From Spirochaetia bacterium (lineage in GTDB: Bacteria > Spirochaetota > Spirochaetia > UBA9216): a stretch of 64,000 bases of DNA. The notes beneath the pieces are model-generated. The model did not search any database. It was not told the origin of the DNA and worked only from the letters and a program-made list of their open reading frames with translations. The stretch's first letter is position 1. Each line of letters opens with the position of its first letter. The stretch spans positions 4,256,001 through 4,320,000 of the forward strand of contig OY776510.1 in the NCBI GenBank assembly GCA_963675665.1, in the 5' to 3' direction. Position numbers and translations under genes: made by a program. Shown piece by piece: positions 9,603-20,086 of the stretch.

Positions 9603-10229
9603 ATGAACCGAAACCTTATTTTTTTTATAGTATCAGTTGCCGTCTCAATTGCGCTTCATGTTCTTGTTTTATCTTTATCATTTGAAATAAAATCCTCTGA
9701 TCCTGTCGAGAATGCGGAACCGTTTATCAGGGTTGTTGATGCTGTAATCATTGATGCGCCGGAACCTTCAGTTACAATACAAAAAAAACCGCAGCCTCCT
9801 GAACATGAGATTATTGAAGATGTTATTGCGGCAACTGTCCAGCCCGAAGACCCCGGGTCTGATTTAAAACCGCAAAAAGTACCGGAAACTGAAAAACAGC
9901 CTGAAGTATCAGGTTCGCGCTCCGAACCGGGCGGCACAGATGATTTTCTACCCTTCTACCGGGTAGATATAAGACCTGAGTTTATTCACAAGGCGGAACT
10001 CAAATATCCGTTGCAGGCGAAACGACAAAAAGTTGAAGGAACCGTTATTATAGAAGCGGATATCGACAGCAGCGGGAATGTACAGACGATAAGGACCGTG
10101 AAATCAGCAGGTTTCGGTTTTGATGAAGCAGCAATTGAAATGATAGAACAGTCTGCATTCAGTCCGGCCTCTGCCGGCGGACTGAATGTAGGAGTACGCA
10201 TGCGTTTTACTGTTAAATTTGAACTGTAA
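9603..10229 (+). CDS. tonB: Energy transducer TonB
   Basis: N-terminal anchor SxxxH, Pro-rich linker, C-terminal YPxxAKRxxVEGTV...GFGFDEAA. Confidence 0.9.
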   Translation: MNRNLIFFIVSVAVSIALHVLVLSLSFEIKSSDPVENAEPFIRVVDAVIIDAPEPSVTIQKKPQPPEHEIIEDVIAATVQPEDPGSDLKPQKVPETEKQPEVSGSRSEPGGTDDFLPFYRVDIRPEFIHKAELKYPLQAKRQKVEGTVIIEADIDSSGNVQTIRTVKSAGFGFDEAAIEMIEQSAFSPASAGGLNVGVRMRFTVKFEL

Positions 10230-10249
10230 CCGACAGGGAAAACCGAGTG

Positions 10250-12046
10250 TCAGGCGCCCTTTTCAAGAACGGCCCTGATTCGCCGGACGCCGGCGGAAGA
10301 GGATTGCTCCTTGACAATTCTAAACCTGCCCATATTGCCGGTATTTTCTACATGCGGCCCCCCGCAGACTTCCTTGGAAAAATCGCCTATCGTATAAACC
10401 TTAACCTGTTCTTCATATTTATCTGCAAAAAATGCGATTGCGCCTTCTGTTCTGGCTTTTTCCAGATCCATTATTTCCATGCTTACCGGCAGATTGCGCT
10501 TAATCTGTTCATTTACAATATCTTCTACTTTCCGGATCTCTTCATCACTCATTTTATCCGGATGATTAAAATCGAACCTGAGTCTTTCAGTAGTTATATT
10601 GCTCCCCTTTTGCATTACATGCTCGCCCAGAACCGTTCTGAGGGCTTTATGAAGAAGGTGCGTAGCCGTATGCAGTGCGGTCGTCAGTTCCGACTGATCA
10701 GCAAGACCGCCCTTGAAAACCTTCTCGGCGCCCTGCTTGGACATTTCCTGGTGTTTTTTATATGCTTTATCGAAACCTTCACGATCAACGACAAAGTCAT
10801 GTTCGGCAGCCAGTTCCTCGGTTATTTCAATCGGAAAACCATAGGTGTCGTAAAGCTTGAAAGCAAGTCTTCCGGGAATTATCCGCTTTGAACTCTTCAT
10901 CAGGTTTGGCAGCAGTTTTTCAAATTCGTGCTCGCCTTTCTGCAGGGTGCGCAGAAATTTATCTTCTTCCGCTTCAAGTTCTTTCAGAATAAAATCGCGT
11001 TTTTTCCCGATTATCGGATATACGTCCCTGTATAAATCAACAACCTTCTCTGCAATTTTACCCAGAAAAATTCCTTCAATTCCCAGTTTCCGGCCGTGCC
11101 GCAATGCACGTCTGATCAGACGCCTGAGAATATAGCCCTGTCCAAGGTTTGAAGGTGTCACACCCTGTTCATCACCCAGAATCATGGTCGCTGTTTTAAC
11201 ATGGTCAGTAATAATTCTAACGGAAATATCACTTTCCTCCGATTCGCCGTATTTAATCGCAGCAGCATTTTCCACGGCATTAATAAGAGGAATAAAAGCC
11301 TCGGTTTCATAAACAGACTGCTTGCCCTGCAGAATTGCGGAAGTGCGCTCAATTCCCATCCCGGTATCAACGCACTTTCTGTCCATTAATCTGAAGCTGC
11401 CGTCTTCCTGCTTGTTATACTGCATAAAAACATCATTCCAGATCTCAAAATACTTGCCGCAGTGACAGCCCGGTTTACAGTCCGATCCGCAGGCTTCACG
11501 CCCTGTATCTATGAACATTTCTGAATCAGGTCCGCAGGGGCCGGTCTGTCCGGCAGGACCCCACCAGTTATCGTTTCGTGAAAGAAAATGTATGCGTTCT
11601 TCGGGAATGCCCAGTTCGCGCCATACCGATGCCGATGTTTCATCGCGTTCGACTTCATCATCACCGGCAAAAACAGTTACCGAAAGCTTGTCGATCGAAA
11701 GACCGAGCCATTGCGGGCTGGTAAGAAACTCAAAACTCATTCTGATTGCTTCATCCTTGAAGTAATCTCCCAGCGACCAGTTGCCCAGCATCTCGAAAAA
11801 AGTCAGATGATGAGGGTCTCCGACAGCTTCAATATCGCCGGTCCTTATACACTTCTGAAAATTCACAAGCCGCTGTCCTGCCGGATGAGTTTCTCCGAGA
11901 ATATACGGTACAAGCGGATGCATACCTGCGGTGGTGAACAGAACAGTCGGATCATTTTCCGGAATGAGCGACTTTCCCTTTATTTCCTGATGGTTTTTCG
12001 TCTTGAAAAACTTAATGTATTTTTTACGTAATTCGTTGCCAGTCAT
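10250..12046 (-). CDS. alaS: Alanine--tRNA ligase (short form without C-Ala domain)
   Basis: DPTVLFTTAGM, HLTFFEMLGNWS, DTGMGIER, YDTYGFP, HTATHLL, EVCGGPH. Confidence 0.95.
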   Translation of the reverse strand: MTGNELRKKYIKFFKTKNHQEIKGKSLIPENDPTVLFTTAGMHPLVPYILGETHPAGQRLVNFQKCIRTGDIEAVGDPHHLTFFEMLGNWSLGDYFKDEAIRMSFEFLTSPQWLGLSIDKLSVTVFAGDDEVERDETSASVWRELGIPEERIHFLSRNDNWWGPAGQTGPCGPDSEMFIDTGREACGSDCKPGCHCGKYFEIWNDVFMQYNKQEDGSFRLMDRKCVDTGMGIERTSAILQGKQSVYETEAFIPLINAVENAAAIKYGESEESDISVRIITDHVKTATMILGDEQGVTPSNLGQGYILRRLIRRALRHGRKLGIEGIFLGKIAEKVVDLYRDVYPIIGKKRDFILKELEAEEDKFLRTLQKGEHEFEKLLPNLMKSSKRIIPGRLAFKLYDTYGFPIEITEELAAEHDFVVDREGFDKAYKKHQEMSKQGAEKVFKGGLADQSELTTALHTATHLLHKALRTVLGEHVMQKGSNITTERLRFDFNHPDKMSDEEIRKVEDIVNEQIKRNLPVSMEIMDLEKARTEGAIAFFADKYEEQVKVYTIGDFSKEVCGGPHVENTGNMGRFRIVKEQSSSAGVRRIRAVLEKGA

Positions 12047-12191
12047 GGGTATACATAGTATTTATGAACAGCCCCAGTGTCAATGGGCAGCCTGATGTTG
12101 TTTGTCCCGGCCGTCTGAATAATCAATTTTTCCTTGTTGCCGAAACCACATATTGATAATAAAATAAACCGGTTAAAGAAAAGGACGGCTG

Positions 12192-13799
12192 ATGAGTAAA
12201 GAAGGTCAATTTGAAATATTTTATAAGGACAATTATGCATGTCTGACCGTATTTCCTCCCTCAGACAACAGGGAAATTGTTTACCCTGAGGATGTAATAG
12301 GCCGGCTTAAAATTCTTAATATCAGGGGTTACCGAAAGCAACTTATTTTCGATGTAATTGATGAAGCTTCAGGCAAACCTGTCCCTCTCGTCCAATGGCC
12401 TGAAGGACGGACCCTTGGACCAAGACTCAGCCTTGATACAGATAAAGACGGAATGACGGCAACGGTAAGCATTGAGCCGGAACGACAGGGCGGAGAACCG
12501 CTTTCAGCCGGACTGATTCGCCGGTTTCTGAATGATAATAAAATCATATCCGGAATAGATGCTGAAATACTGGAGACAATTGTTTTAAAAAAAATATTCA
12601 GACAGCCGGTCAAGGTCGCATTCGGAACCCCGGCAGTAAATGAAAAAGCAGCCGAACCGGAATACTTCTTTCTTGTCGACCGTGGAAAACCTTTCAGGGA
12701 ACTTGAGTACCAGCGGATAGATCTCAAAGAGCTTAACTTTATTCAGAACAGGCACAAAGGCGATTTGTTGGCAAAACTGAATGAACCGCAGCCTCCGGTT
12801 GACGGCACCGATATTTACGGAAAAATTCTTACAGCCCTTCGCGGCGCTTCTCCTCCGATGTTTTCGGCCGGAGAGGGCGCAGTTTTATCTGAAGACGGCA
12901 AGAGTATTTTTGCTGCAGAAGACGGAAACGCCCGGCTTCACAACGGCTGCGTTATCGTGGAACCGATCATAACTGTCGAAAACGTCGATTATTCAAACGG
13001 AAATATTGATTTCGAAGGATCGGTGGACATCAGCGGGCGAATTGCAGACGGCTTTACGGTCAAAACACGCGGAGATATCCAGATTGGAAAATCAGTAAGC
13101 AAAGTCAGTATTTCCTGCGGAGGCGACATCATCCTGAAGGCCGGGATTTCAGGAAACGATGAAGGCATAATCGTATGTGAAAGAGACCTTTATGCCCGTT
13201 ATATCGAAAGCGCTGTGATCATATGCAAGGGAAACGTTTTCGTGGAAGAAGCAATAATGCATTCTTCGGTTAAAGCCGGCGGAGATGTAATTCTGACCGG
13301 GAAACGGGCTGAGATCTTCGGCGGCAGGATTTTTGCGGCCGGCACTATAAAATGCAAGAAGCTCGGCTCAATAAATGAACCCGTAACAGATCTCTTTCTT
13401 GGAACCGATCTTGATTCTTTTACCGCAATGGAAGAGCTTCAAAAAACCGTATCAAGACACAGCGCCAGGGTTGATGAACTCGACACTCAGATACGGCAGA
13501 TTAAACATGCCTTGCAAGGTCACGACAATCCTGAGATAGTACCTGAAAAACTGAGCGCTGCGCTTGAACAACTTCAGCACGAATCTGCAACCCAGAATGA
13601 AAAGCTCAGCAGCACCCTGAAGGAGCTTCATGAACTGAAAAGAAACATAGTGCTGAATGAATCATCCATGCTTGATGCAGAGCAGCAGATATACGGAAAG
13701 GTTCATGTTTATTTTAATCATCTTCGCTGGGATTCACCCGGCAAGGGCACCGGCAAAACCAGACTTATTGTTAAAAACGGAAACCTTCTTGAAAAATGA
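12192..13799 (+). CDS. FapA (DUF342) family protein
   Basis: DLKELNFIQN, NVDYSNGNIDFEGSV beta-helix region, C-terminal coiled coil. Confidence 0.85.
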   Translation: MSKEGQFEIFYKDNYACLTVFPPSDNREIVYPEDVIGRLKILNIRGYRKQLIFDVIDEASGKPVPLVQWPEGRTLGPRLSLDTDKDGMTATVSIEPERQGGEPLSAGLIRRFLNDNKIISGIDAEILETIVLKKIFRQPVKVAFGTPAVNEKAAEPEYFFLVDRGKPFRELEYQRIDLKELNFIQNRHKGDLLAKLNEPQPPVDGTDIYGKILTALRGASPPMFSAGEGAVLSEDGKSIFAAEDGNARLHNGCVIVEPIITVENVDYSNGNIDFEGSVDISGRIADGFTVKTRGDIQIGKSVSKVSISCGGDIILKAGISGNDEGIIVCERDLYARYIESAVIICKGNVFVEEAIMHSSVKAGGDVILTGKRAEIFGGRIFAAGTIKCKKLGSINEPVTDLFLGTDLDSFTAMEELQKTVSRHSARVDELDTQIRQIKHALQGHDNPEIVPEKLSAALEQLQHESATQNEKLSSTLKELHELKRNIVLNESSMLDAEQQIYGKVHVYFNHLRWDSPGKGTGKTRLIVKNGNLLEK

Positions 13800-14021
13800 T
13801 CTCGCCGGAAACAGGATCATTTCTGCATTGGAATTCAGGGATAAAAACACTGCTTTACATTTTTTATCGCACCATCCGAACGTCTCTCCGGCCCTGATGA
13901 TTATATCTCTGCCGTCGGCTGTAATCCAGATTGTACCGCGGATACATTTCACTTCCATTCCCTTTTCAAATCTGACGGATGCGGGCTTGTTCATTATCAA
14001 TTTTGTTGTCTGCACATTCAT
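13734..14021 (-). CDS. DUF2917-like small cupin protein
   Basis: VKCIRGTIWITADGRDIIIRAGE motif; divergent from a MocR regulator, a typical context. Confidence 0.65.
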   Translation of the reverse strand: MNVQTTKLIMNKPASVRFEKGMEVKCIRGTIWITADGRDIIIRAGETFGWCDKKCKAVFLSLNSNAEMILFPARSFFKKVSVFNNKSGFAGALAG

Positions 14022-14187
14022 CTCCTTTAACCGGGTTTTAATGAAATATGCACCGATATACCGGTAAAAAAAAGCTACAAAATTGTTTTTATTTCAGGTA
14101 ACATCAGAAAAACCCTGCATACTGTGCCTTATATAATCTGTAAAATTGTACCTTTCCGGCCATTATCTTTTAATCTATAATCGAGAT

Positions 14188-15633
14188 ATGCAACGATCTT
14201 CACATTATGAAAAGAAAAAAGAGACGCTTTACGGAGAGGTCGCCGCAACTATAGAAATGCAGATACTTTCCGGAACATATCAGCACGGAGAAAGACTTCC
14301 GTCTCTCCGTGATCTGAGCCGGCGGCTTGGAATAAGTATAAATACGGCCCGTGAAGCATACGGGAACCTTGAAAACAGGCGTATTATCAGAGGTGTTCCG
14401 CAATCCGGTTACTACGTTAACAAAATGGAAAACGGATCGGAATGCTGTTCTCTCGACAAGCCCCGTACCGTGCGTGATGATTTTATTACGGACTATAACT
14501 CAATGATGGATGAATTTCTTAAATCGGACATCAATCCTTTCAGCAGCGCCATGTTTGATCTGGCATCGCTTCCGTATGCGAAAAAGATGTATCTCAGCCG
14601 TGAAGATCAGCTGAAAATGAATCTTTTCGAGTACCCTCCCCTTGCAGGGCTTTACGAACTCAGGGTCGAAATTGCCAGGCGAAGCATAGATTCCGGACTG
14701 AATGTTACAGCCGACGATATTATAATCACCGACGGCGGCATGGCCGGCATTGCGCTGGCAATAAAATACTTTACCAATCCCGGCGATACAGTGGCACTGG
14801 AAAGTCCGTTTTATTACAACTTTCTTTTTCTGCTTAAAGCCTTCGGCCTTAAAGTAATTGAAATACCGATGAATCCCGACTCGGGAATGAATCTTGATGT
14901 GCTCGAATTCGTTCTTGAAAGACATCCGGTAAAAGCAGTCATTTCAATTCCGACAAACAGCAACCCTATCGGTTCAACAATGCCGCTTGAAAATAAAAAA
15001 AGACTTGTTGAGATGCTTACAACCCGGGATATCCTTCTGCTTGAAGATGACATATACGGAGACATCAGTTTCGATGACCGGAGAGCGCCGGTATGCAAAA
15101 CATTCGACACAAAGGGCAATGTAATACTTTGTTCTTCATTTTCAAAAAGCCTGGCTTCCGGTCTGCGTTTGGGATGGATGGTTCCCGGCAAATATTACGA
15201 CGAGATGCTTGCCGTAAAAACAATGACAAACGTTGCGACATCCGCCCTGCCCCAGCATATGGCGCTTAACTTTATCTCGGGAGGCCACTATGACCGCCAT
15301 ATGCGCCAGCTTAATAAAACAGCTGAAGAGAGAGTCTCTGCACTGAGAGAAACGATTAAACTATATTTTCCTCCCTTGACGCAGGTAACTGAACCGGGGG
15401 GAGGTTTTGTGCTTTGGGTAACACTTCCGGGCAGTGGAAATATGAAAGAGATATACGAAACGGCCAAACAGCAGGGAATTCTCTTCACCCCCGGAAGCCT
15501 GTTCAGCCTTGAAGGCAGATGGGACAATTGCATGCGTTTGAGCGCCGGATATTATACAAACGAATTGGCGCCCCAAATCCGACGGCTGGGAAAAATCGTC
15601 GAAGAATACTGGAGCTTTCCTGAATCCCGTTAA
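14188..15633 (+). CDS. MocR/GabR-family GntR regulator with PLP-dependent aminotransferase domain
   Basis: GERLPSLRDLS...AYxxLE HTH; EDDIYG and SFSKSLASGLRLGW PLP site. Confidence 0.92.
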   Translation: MQRSSHYEKKKETLYGEVAATIEMQILSGTYQHGERLPSLRDLSRRLGISINTAREAYGNLENRRIIRGVPQSGYYVNKMENGSECCSLDKPRTVRDDFITDYNSMMDEFLKSDINPFSSAMFDLASLPYAKKMYLSREDQLKMNLFEYPPLAGLYELRVEIARRSIDSGLNVTADDIIITDGGMAGIALAIKYFTNPGDTVALESPFYYNFLFLLKAFGLKVIEIPMNPDSGMNLDVLEFVLERHPVKAVISIPTNSNPIGSTMPLENKKRLVEMLTTRDILLLEDDIYGDISFDDRRAPVCKTFDTKGNVILCSSFSKSLASGLRLGWMVPGKYYDEMLAVKTMTNVATSALPQHMALNFISGGHYDRHMRQLNKTAEERVSALRETIKLYFPPLTQVTEPGGGFVLWVTLPGSGNMKEIYETAKQQGILFTPGSLFSLEGRWDNCMRLSAGYYTNELAPQIRRLGKIVEEYWSFPESR

Positions 15634-16550
15634 AGTCTTTTAACTTCAATCAGATCATGAAAATATCCCGGAGGCTGCTTTTCCGACCAGCCAGGCCCGG
15701 CTATTATCAGTTTTGAAGCGGCGGTTGCCGTTGCAAGCCGCAGGGCTTCCGGCGGGCTTTTGTCCATAGCCAGTCCCGCAATAAAACCTGCAAGAAAGCT
15801 GTCGCCGGCGCCGACTGTATTCGAAACCTTGACGTCGGGGGCCCCGGCTTCATATATCCCTTTATCGGTATACAATCTGCTGCCTGCCGCGCCCATGGAA
15901 AGCGCAACCATTTTTACTTTGGATAAAAGCCCCGAAGTTTCAATATCATCTGTTCCGAAAGCGTCCTTCAGCTCATGAATGTTCGGTTTAATCATATTCA
16001 GGCAGCCGGAATCAACTGCTTTTACAAGCGCTTCCCCGCTGGTATCAACCGCTGTAAATACACCCTTCCCTGCAGCTATTGATGCAAGCTCGGCATATAT
16101 GTCCGGTTTCACCCCCTCCGGAAGGCTACCCGACATTATTATAAAATCATAATTCCCGGCAATCTCTCTGAAATCTATAAGAAACCTGTCGATATCTTTC
16201 TGATCTACACTAAATCCCCTGAAATTAATATCGGTAGTTGAATGCTGCGTCGAATCAACGACTTTAATCCCTTCCCGGGTATTACCGTTTATATAAATAA
16301 ACCGATCGTCAAGATGATAACGTTCGAAATGTTCCCTGAAAATGGAACTGTTATCAGATCCCATAAATCCGGTAACTGCAGTTCTCAACCTGTATCGGGA
16401 TGTAATTGAAGCAACATTTATTCCCTTGCCGCCCGGATATCTGTGTCCCCCCAGCGCCCGGTTAACATACCCCGGCCTGAAGCCCGGGGCCTCTACGGTA
16501 TAGTCAATTGCCGGGTTAAGCGTAACTGTTAATACCTTTTTGCCTGTCAT
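15630..16550 (-). CDS. 1-phosphofructokinase-family hexose kinase (PfkB)
   Basis: TVTLNPAID, PGGKGINV, KPNIHEL, TVGAGDS. Confidence 0.9.
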   Translation of the reverse strand: MTGKKVLTVTLNPAIDYTVEAPGFRPGYVNRALGGHRYPGGKGINVASITSRYRLRTAVTGFMGSDNSSIFREHFERYHLDDRFIYINGNTREGIKVVDSTQHSTTDINFRGFSVDQKDIDRFLIDFREIAGNYDFIIMSGSLPEGVKPDIYAELASIAAGKGVFTAVDTSGEALVKAVDSGCLNMIKPNIHELKDAFGTDDIETSGLLSKVKMVALSMGAAGSRLYTDKGIYEAGAPDVKVSNTVGAGDSFLAGFIAGLAMDKSPPEALRLATATAASKLIIAGPGWSEKQPPGYFHDLIEVKRL

Positions 16551-16667
16551 GCTGAAAAGTTATCAGATGACCGGAGACTTGTCAAAGAGGTTCTTGCTGG
16601 ACTCAGACAAGTTATTCACTTTATTTAACAAGTAGTCAAAACCTGAATTAATGGTTAAACTGCCGCC

Positions 16668-17120
16668 ATGAGATTTGTAATCCAGCGTGTTAAAAGTGCA
16701 ACGGTAACTGTAAACGGAACTGATAAACGAAGCATCGGTCGCGGCTTGATGGTACTTGCCGGAATAGGAAGAAATGATTCTGAAGAAGATTTAAAATGGA
16801 TCTCGAAAAAACTTGTGAATCTGAGAATCTTCGAAGATGCTGCAGGCAAGATGAACCTCTCGGTTCAGGATATAGCCGGAGATATTATGATTGTCAGCCA
16901 GTTTACCCTGTATGCCACAACAAGAAAAGGAAACAGACCCGGGTTCAGCGCATCTGCGCCGCCTGAAGAAGCTGTTCCGCTTTATGAAAAACTAATCAGT
17001 CATCTCGCGGAAATTACCGGTAAAGCACCTGTATCAGGCGAGTTCGGGGCCGACATGGAAATCGACATGATCAACCAGGGTCCCGTAACAATAATAATAG
17101 ATTCTACAAGCCGGGAATAG
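16668..17120 (+). CDS. dtd: D-aminoacyl-tRNA deacylase
   Basis: MRxVIQRV, SQFTL, GNRP, NQGPVT. Confidence 0.95.
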   Translation: MRFVIQRVKSATVTVNGTDKRSIGRGLMVLAGIGRNDSEEDLKWISKKLVNLRIFEDAAGKMNLSVQDIAGDIMIVSQFTLYATTRKGNRPGFSASAPPEEAVPLYEKLISHLAEITGKAPVSGEFGADMEIDMINQGPVTIIIDSTSRE

Positions 17121-17161
17121 CGGTCCTCCGGCTATTTTTTTTCCGGATTAAATTCAGATGG

Positions 17162-17356
17162 TTATCCGTTCTGCTCCATATATCTGATGACGCTGCCTAC
17201 ATCGATGAAATCCATATCAACAGCAATTTCTCCAAAAAGACGCTTGTCGCCGTTTTTCTGAGACTCAAGCACTTTCAGTACCTGTTCTTCGGTCATTTCT
17301 CCCATCCGAACCAGCCCTTCGCCTATTCTGCCGCCAATCAGTTCCTCTATATCCAT
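17162..17356 (-). CDS. Stand-alone MshEN-like (c-di-GMP-binding) small protein
   Basis: RIGEGLVRMGEMTEEQVLKVLESQ-x5-RLFGEIAVDMDFI matches the tandem RLGxxLxxxG motif. Confidence 0.65.
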   Translation of the reverse strand: MDIEELIGGRIGEGLVRMGEMTEEQVLKVLESQKNGDKRLFGEIAVDMDFIDVGSVIRYMEQNG

Positions 17357-18471
17357 TCCTCATCTCCCCGCGGTATTGCAATCCGGCCTTTCTGCTCAAG
17401 TTCCATAAGGTATTCAATAAACTCACGTGTCGATTTATCAACATCAGATCGCCGCATCTCTCCAAGATAGATAGATTCCTCTTCAATCATAACCCTTCTT
17501 CGCTCAGAAAGATTATCAAGAAGCTTTGTCCGAACGGAATCACTTTTTCCCTTTATAATAATCGCAATTTCCGAATTATCAAAATCACGCAGCAGATACT
17601 GTACATCTTTATCATCCATTCTGAGCAAAAGATCCACAGTATAGATGTTTTCCTTTATCTGTTCCGCCAAATGTTTGTTCTCATTTTCGAGCTCTTCGAG
17701 AATGGATTCTTCCGCCCTGATATCCATATGCTTGAGGATGCCCGCAAGCACTGATTTACCATCTATTTCCTCAGTTACAATCCTTCCCTGAGCCCTTATG
17801 CGATCACGGAAAACACCTTCCATTTTATCAATTACGCCCGGAGCAATCTCACCCTGCCTTGCAATACGAAAAATAATTTCTTTCCTGCTGTCGGGCTGAA
17901 GCTTGCTTATTATATGAGAGGATAATTCAGGCTTTAAAAAGGACAGGACTATGCTCATAACATACGGTGGTTCATTTTTAAGAATCATAAGGATTTGTTC
18001 CGGCTGCAGATCATCCAAAAAATCAAACGGTTTCCGTCCGCCGAACGGCAAAACCTTATCAAACATTTCCTGCCCGCGCTCGGCGCCAAAAGCGGACAAC
18101 AACATCTCTTTGGCCTTATCAGGACCACCGGGAATAGTTTCTCCCGGGGCAGGCAGTTGAGCCGCTTTATTCTCTGCTTTAAATCTGCCGAATTCCCTGA
18201 TGATACCGGCAGATTCTTCCTTTCCCACTTTTCTTACTGCTGCTATCTCTTTTACAATTCGTTCAACATCTTCAGCTGAAAATTGTTTCAGTACTTCCGC
18301 CGCCTGCTGCGGACCTACAAGCAACAGGAATTTTGCAGCTTTTAGATACCCGGATTCATTTTTAGAATCCTTTTTCGACAGTCTTTCCGATTTTGTTTGC
18401 TGAGAATCTACTGATGTCTTAATAAATCCGTTTTTCTGATATGCCGCAGCTGCACGATCGAATTTCTTCAT
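17347..18471 (-). CDS. fliG: Flagellar motor switch protein FliG paralogue
   Basis: KAAKFLL, PFDFL, E-P motif, IDGKSVLAGIL, NLSERR, C-terminal G-x-I. Confidence 0.85.
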   Translation of the reverse strand: MKKFDRAAAAYQKNGFIKTSVDSQQTKSERLSKKDSKNESGYLKAAKFLLLVGPQQAAEVLKQFSAEDVERIVKEIAAVRKVGKEESAGIIREFGRFKAENKAAQLPAPGETIPGGPDKAKEMLLSAFGAERGQEMFDKVLPFGGRKPFDFLDDLQPEQILMILKNEPPYVMSIVLSFLKPELSSHIISKLQPDSRKEIIFRIARQGEIAPGVIDKMEGVFRDRIRAQGRIVTEEIDGKSVLAGILKHMDIRAEESILEELENENKHLAEQIKENIYTVDLLLRMDDKDVQYLLRDFDNSEIAIIIKGKSDSVRTKLLDNLSERRRVMIEEESIYLGEMRRSDVDKSTREFIEYLMELEQKGRIAIPRGDEEWI

Positions 18472-18501
18472 ATCCTATAATAACAGCACAGGACGCTATC
18501 T

Positions 18502-20019
18502 TCAATCGGGAAAATACAGGAAATTGTCACGGCAGCCGTTCATAAACTCTTCAAATTCTTCAACCGGCAACGGTTTACTGAATAAATAGCCCTGAAATGT
18601 TCTGCAGCCTAATTTATATGCCTCTCTTAGCTGCGAAACCTCTTCAATGCCCTCAAAAACGATATCCATGTTAAGTTCATGTCCTATGCGAACAATAGAT
18701 TTTATCAGATCCCGTTTCTTGCCTTCTTCAGTCAGACCATCAGTAAATATTTTATCAATCTTCAGAACGTCCGCTTTAAATTTATTCAGATAACCGAGAG
18801 AAGAATAGCCTGTGCCGAAATCATCAAGTGAAATATTAAAACCGAGCGAACTCAGTTTCTCGATTTCTTCAGAAGCATATTCATGGTCGCTGAAAAGACA
18901 GGATTCGGTAATCTCCAGGTAGATATCGTTCGGATTGGCTCCGGTACTTTTCAGCAGTTCTTCAAGCTCCTCCGAAAAATTGAAACTGAAAAACTGTCTT
19001 GGAGAAATATTTATTGAAAGTTTTAAATCAAAGTACTCTCTCTTCCATTGAACAAGCTTCAACATCGATGCTTTTATTAACCATTTGCCGATTGGAAGGA
19101 TTAGTCCCGTCTCTTCGGCAACTTCAATAAGGTTGCGGGGAAGAACCGATCCACGGTTAGGATCCTTCCACCTAATCAGAACCTCAGCCTTGAATTCCTT
19201 GCAGTTTATTCCTCCCTCATCAAGACTGTTTACGGTAATAATCGGTTGAAAATATAGGTTAAAATTATGACTTAATTCAAAAAGCGTATCAATTTCAATT
19301 GCGGAAAGAAGATTATCCTGCATTTCAAGATTACCCATAATATGGTGCCGCATATCTTCAGAGAAAAATACTACATCCACACCGCGGCCAATAGCATAAC
19401 TTAAAGCAATATCAGCGCTTGAGAACAGCATACGTTTATTCAGTCCGTCTTCAGGAAAGCTTGCAACGCCTATTCTGCAGCCGACTTTGACCTTGTATAC
19501 CTGGTTGTCGATAGTAGTCTCTATATTATCGCGAATATCATAGGCAAAAAGGGCAAGCTCTTCATCAGTCATACTGTCAAAGATAAAAATAGCAAATTCA
19601 TCCGGCCTGGTATGATAAAGCACGCCGCGCTGTTCAATCATTATATTCAGACGTTCCGCAAGCGTATATAAAATATTTTGAAAAACTTCCTCATTAAATG
19701 CCTGCCTGACATTATTGAAATTCTCGTCAAGTTTTATGATCAGAAGACTAATCTTGGGAGGATTTGGAATATTAAAAAACTCCCAGAGTAATGTACCTAC
19801 ATCACGCTCCATTTTAAGGTGATTCGGAAGTCCTGTAACCTCGTCATACATACGTTGTAAACTGGAATTCTGATAGCGTCTCTCCGCGCTTTCCAACCTG
19901 ATCATAAGAGAACGAATTTTATCAAGAAGAGCTTCCCGATCCTTTTTTAACTCACTTATGACTTTTTCAGCTTCTGCGAGGGTTGTTATTTTTTTATCTT
20001 CAAAAACATCTTCACTCAT
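18502..20019 (-). CDS. GGDEF(degenerate)-EAL c-di-GMP phosphodiesterase
   Basis: DEVTGLPN; RPDEF in place of GGDEF; intact EVLIRW, EITES, DDFGTGYSS, EGIE, QGYLFSKP. Confidence 0.9.
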   Translation of the reverse strand: MSEDVFEDKKITTLAEAEKVISELKKDREALLDKIRSLMIRLESAERRYQNSSLQRMYDEVTGLPNHLKMERDVGTLLWEFFNIPNPPKISLLIIKLDENFNNVRQAFNEEVFQNILYTLAERLNIMIEQRGVLYHTRPDEFAIFIFDSMTDEELALFAYDIRDNIETTIDNQVYKVKVGCRIGVASFPEDGLNKRMLFSSADIALSYAIGRGVDVVFFSEDMRHHIMGNLEMQDNLLSAIEIDTLFELSHNFNLYFQPIITVNSLDEGGINCKEFKAEVLIRWKDPNRGSVLPRNLIEVAEETGLILPIGKWLIKASMLKLVQWKREYFDLKLSINISPRQFFSFNFSEELEELLKSTGANPNDIYLEITESCLFSDHEYASEEIEKLSSLGFNISLDDFGTGYSSLGYLNKFKADVLKIDKIFTDGLTEEGKKRDLIKSIVRIGHELNMDIVFEGIEEVSQLREAYKLGCRTFQGYLFSKPLPVEEFEEFMNGCRDNFLYFPD

Positions 20020-20086
20020 GAAAATCCTTTTGTTGTTTTTCTATTTTAACTTTAGTGCAAATAAATAGATTTTGCAAAATAAATTC

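Noticed and set aside
10247-10891. 214-aa ORF on the + strand
   Set aside because: Antisense shadow of alaS with no recognisable motifs
10250-12046. AlaRS of only 598 aa as a possible pseudogene or novelty
   Set aside because: Aminoacylation and editing motifs are intact; short AlaRS lacking C-Ala is known in spirochaetes
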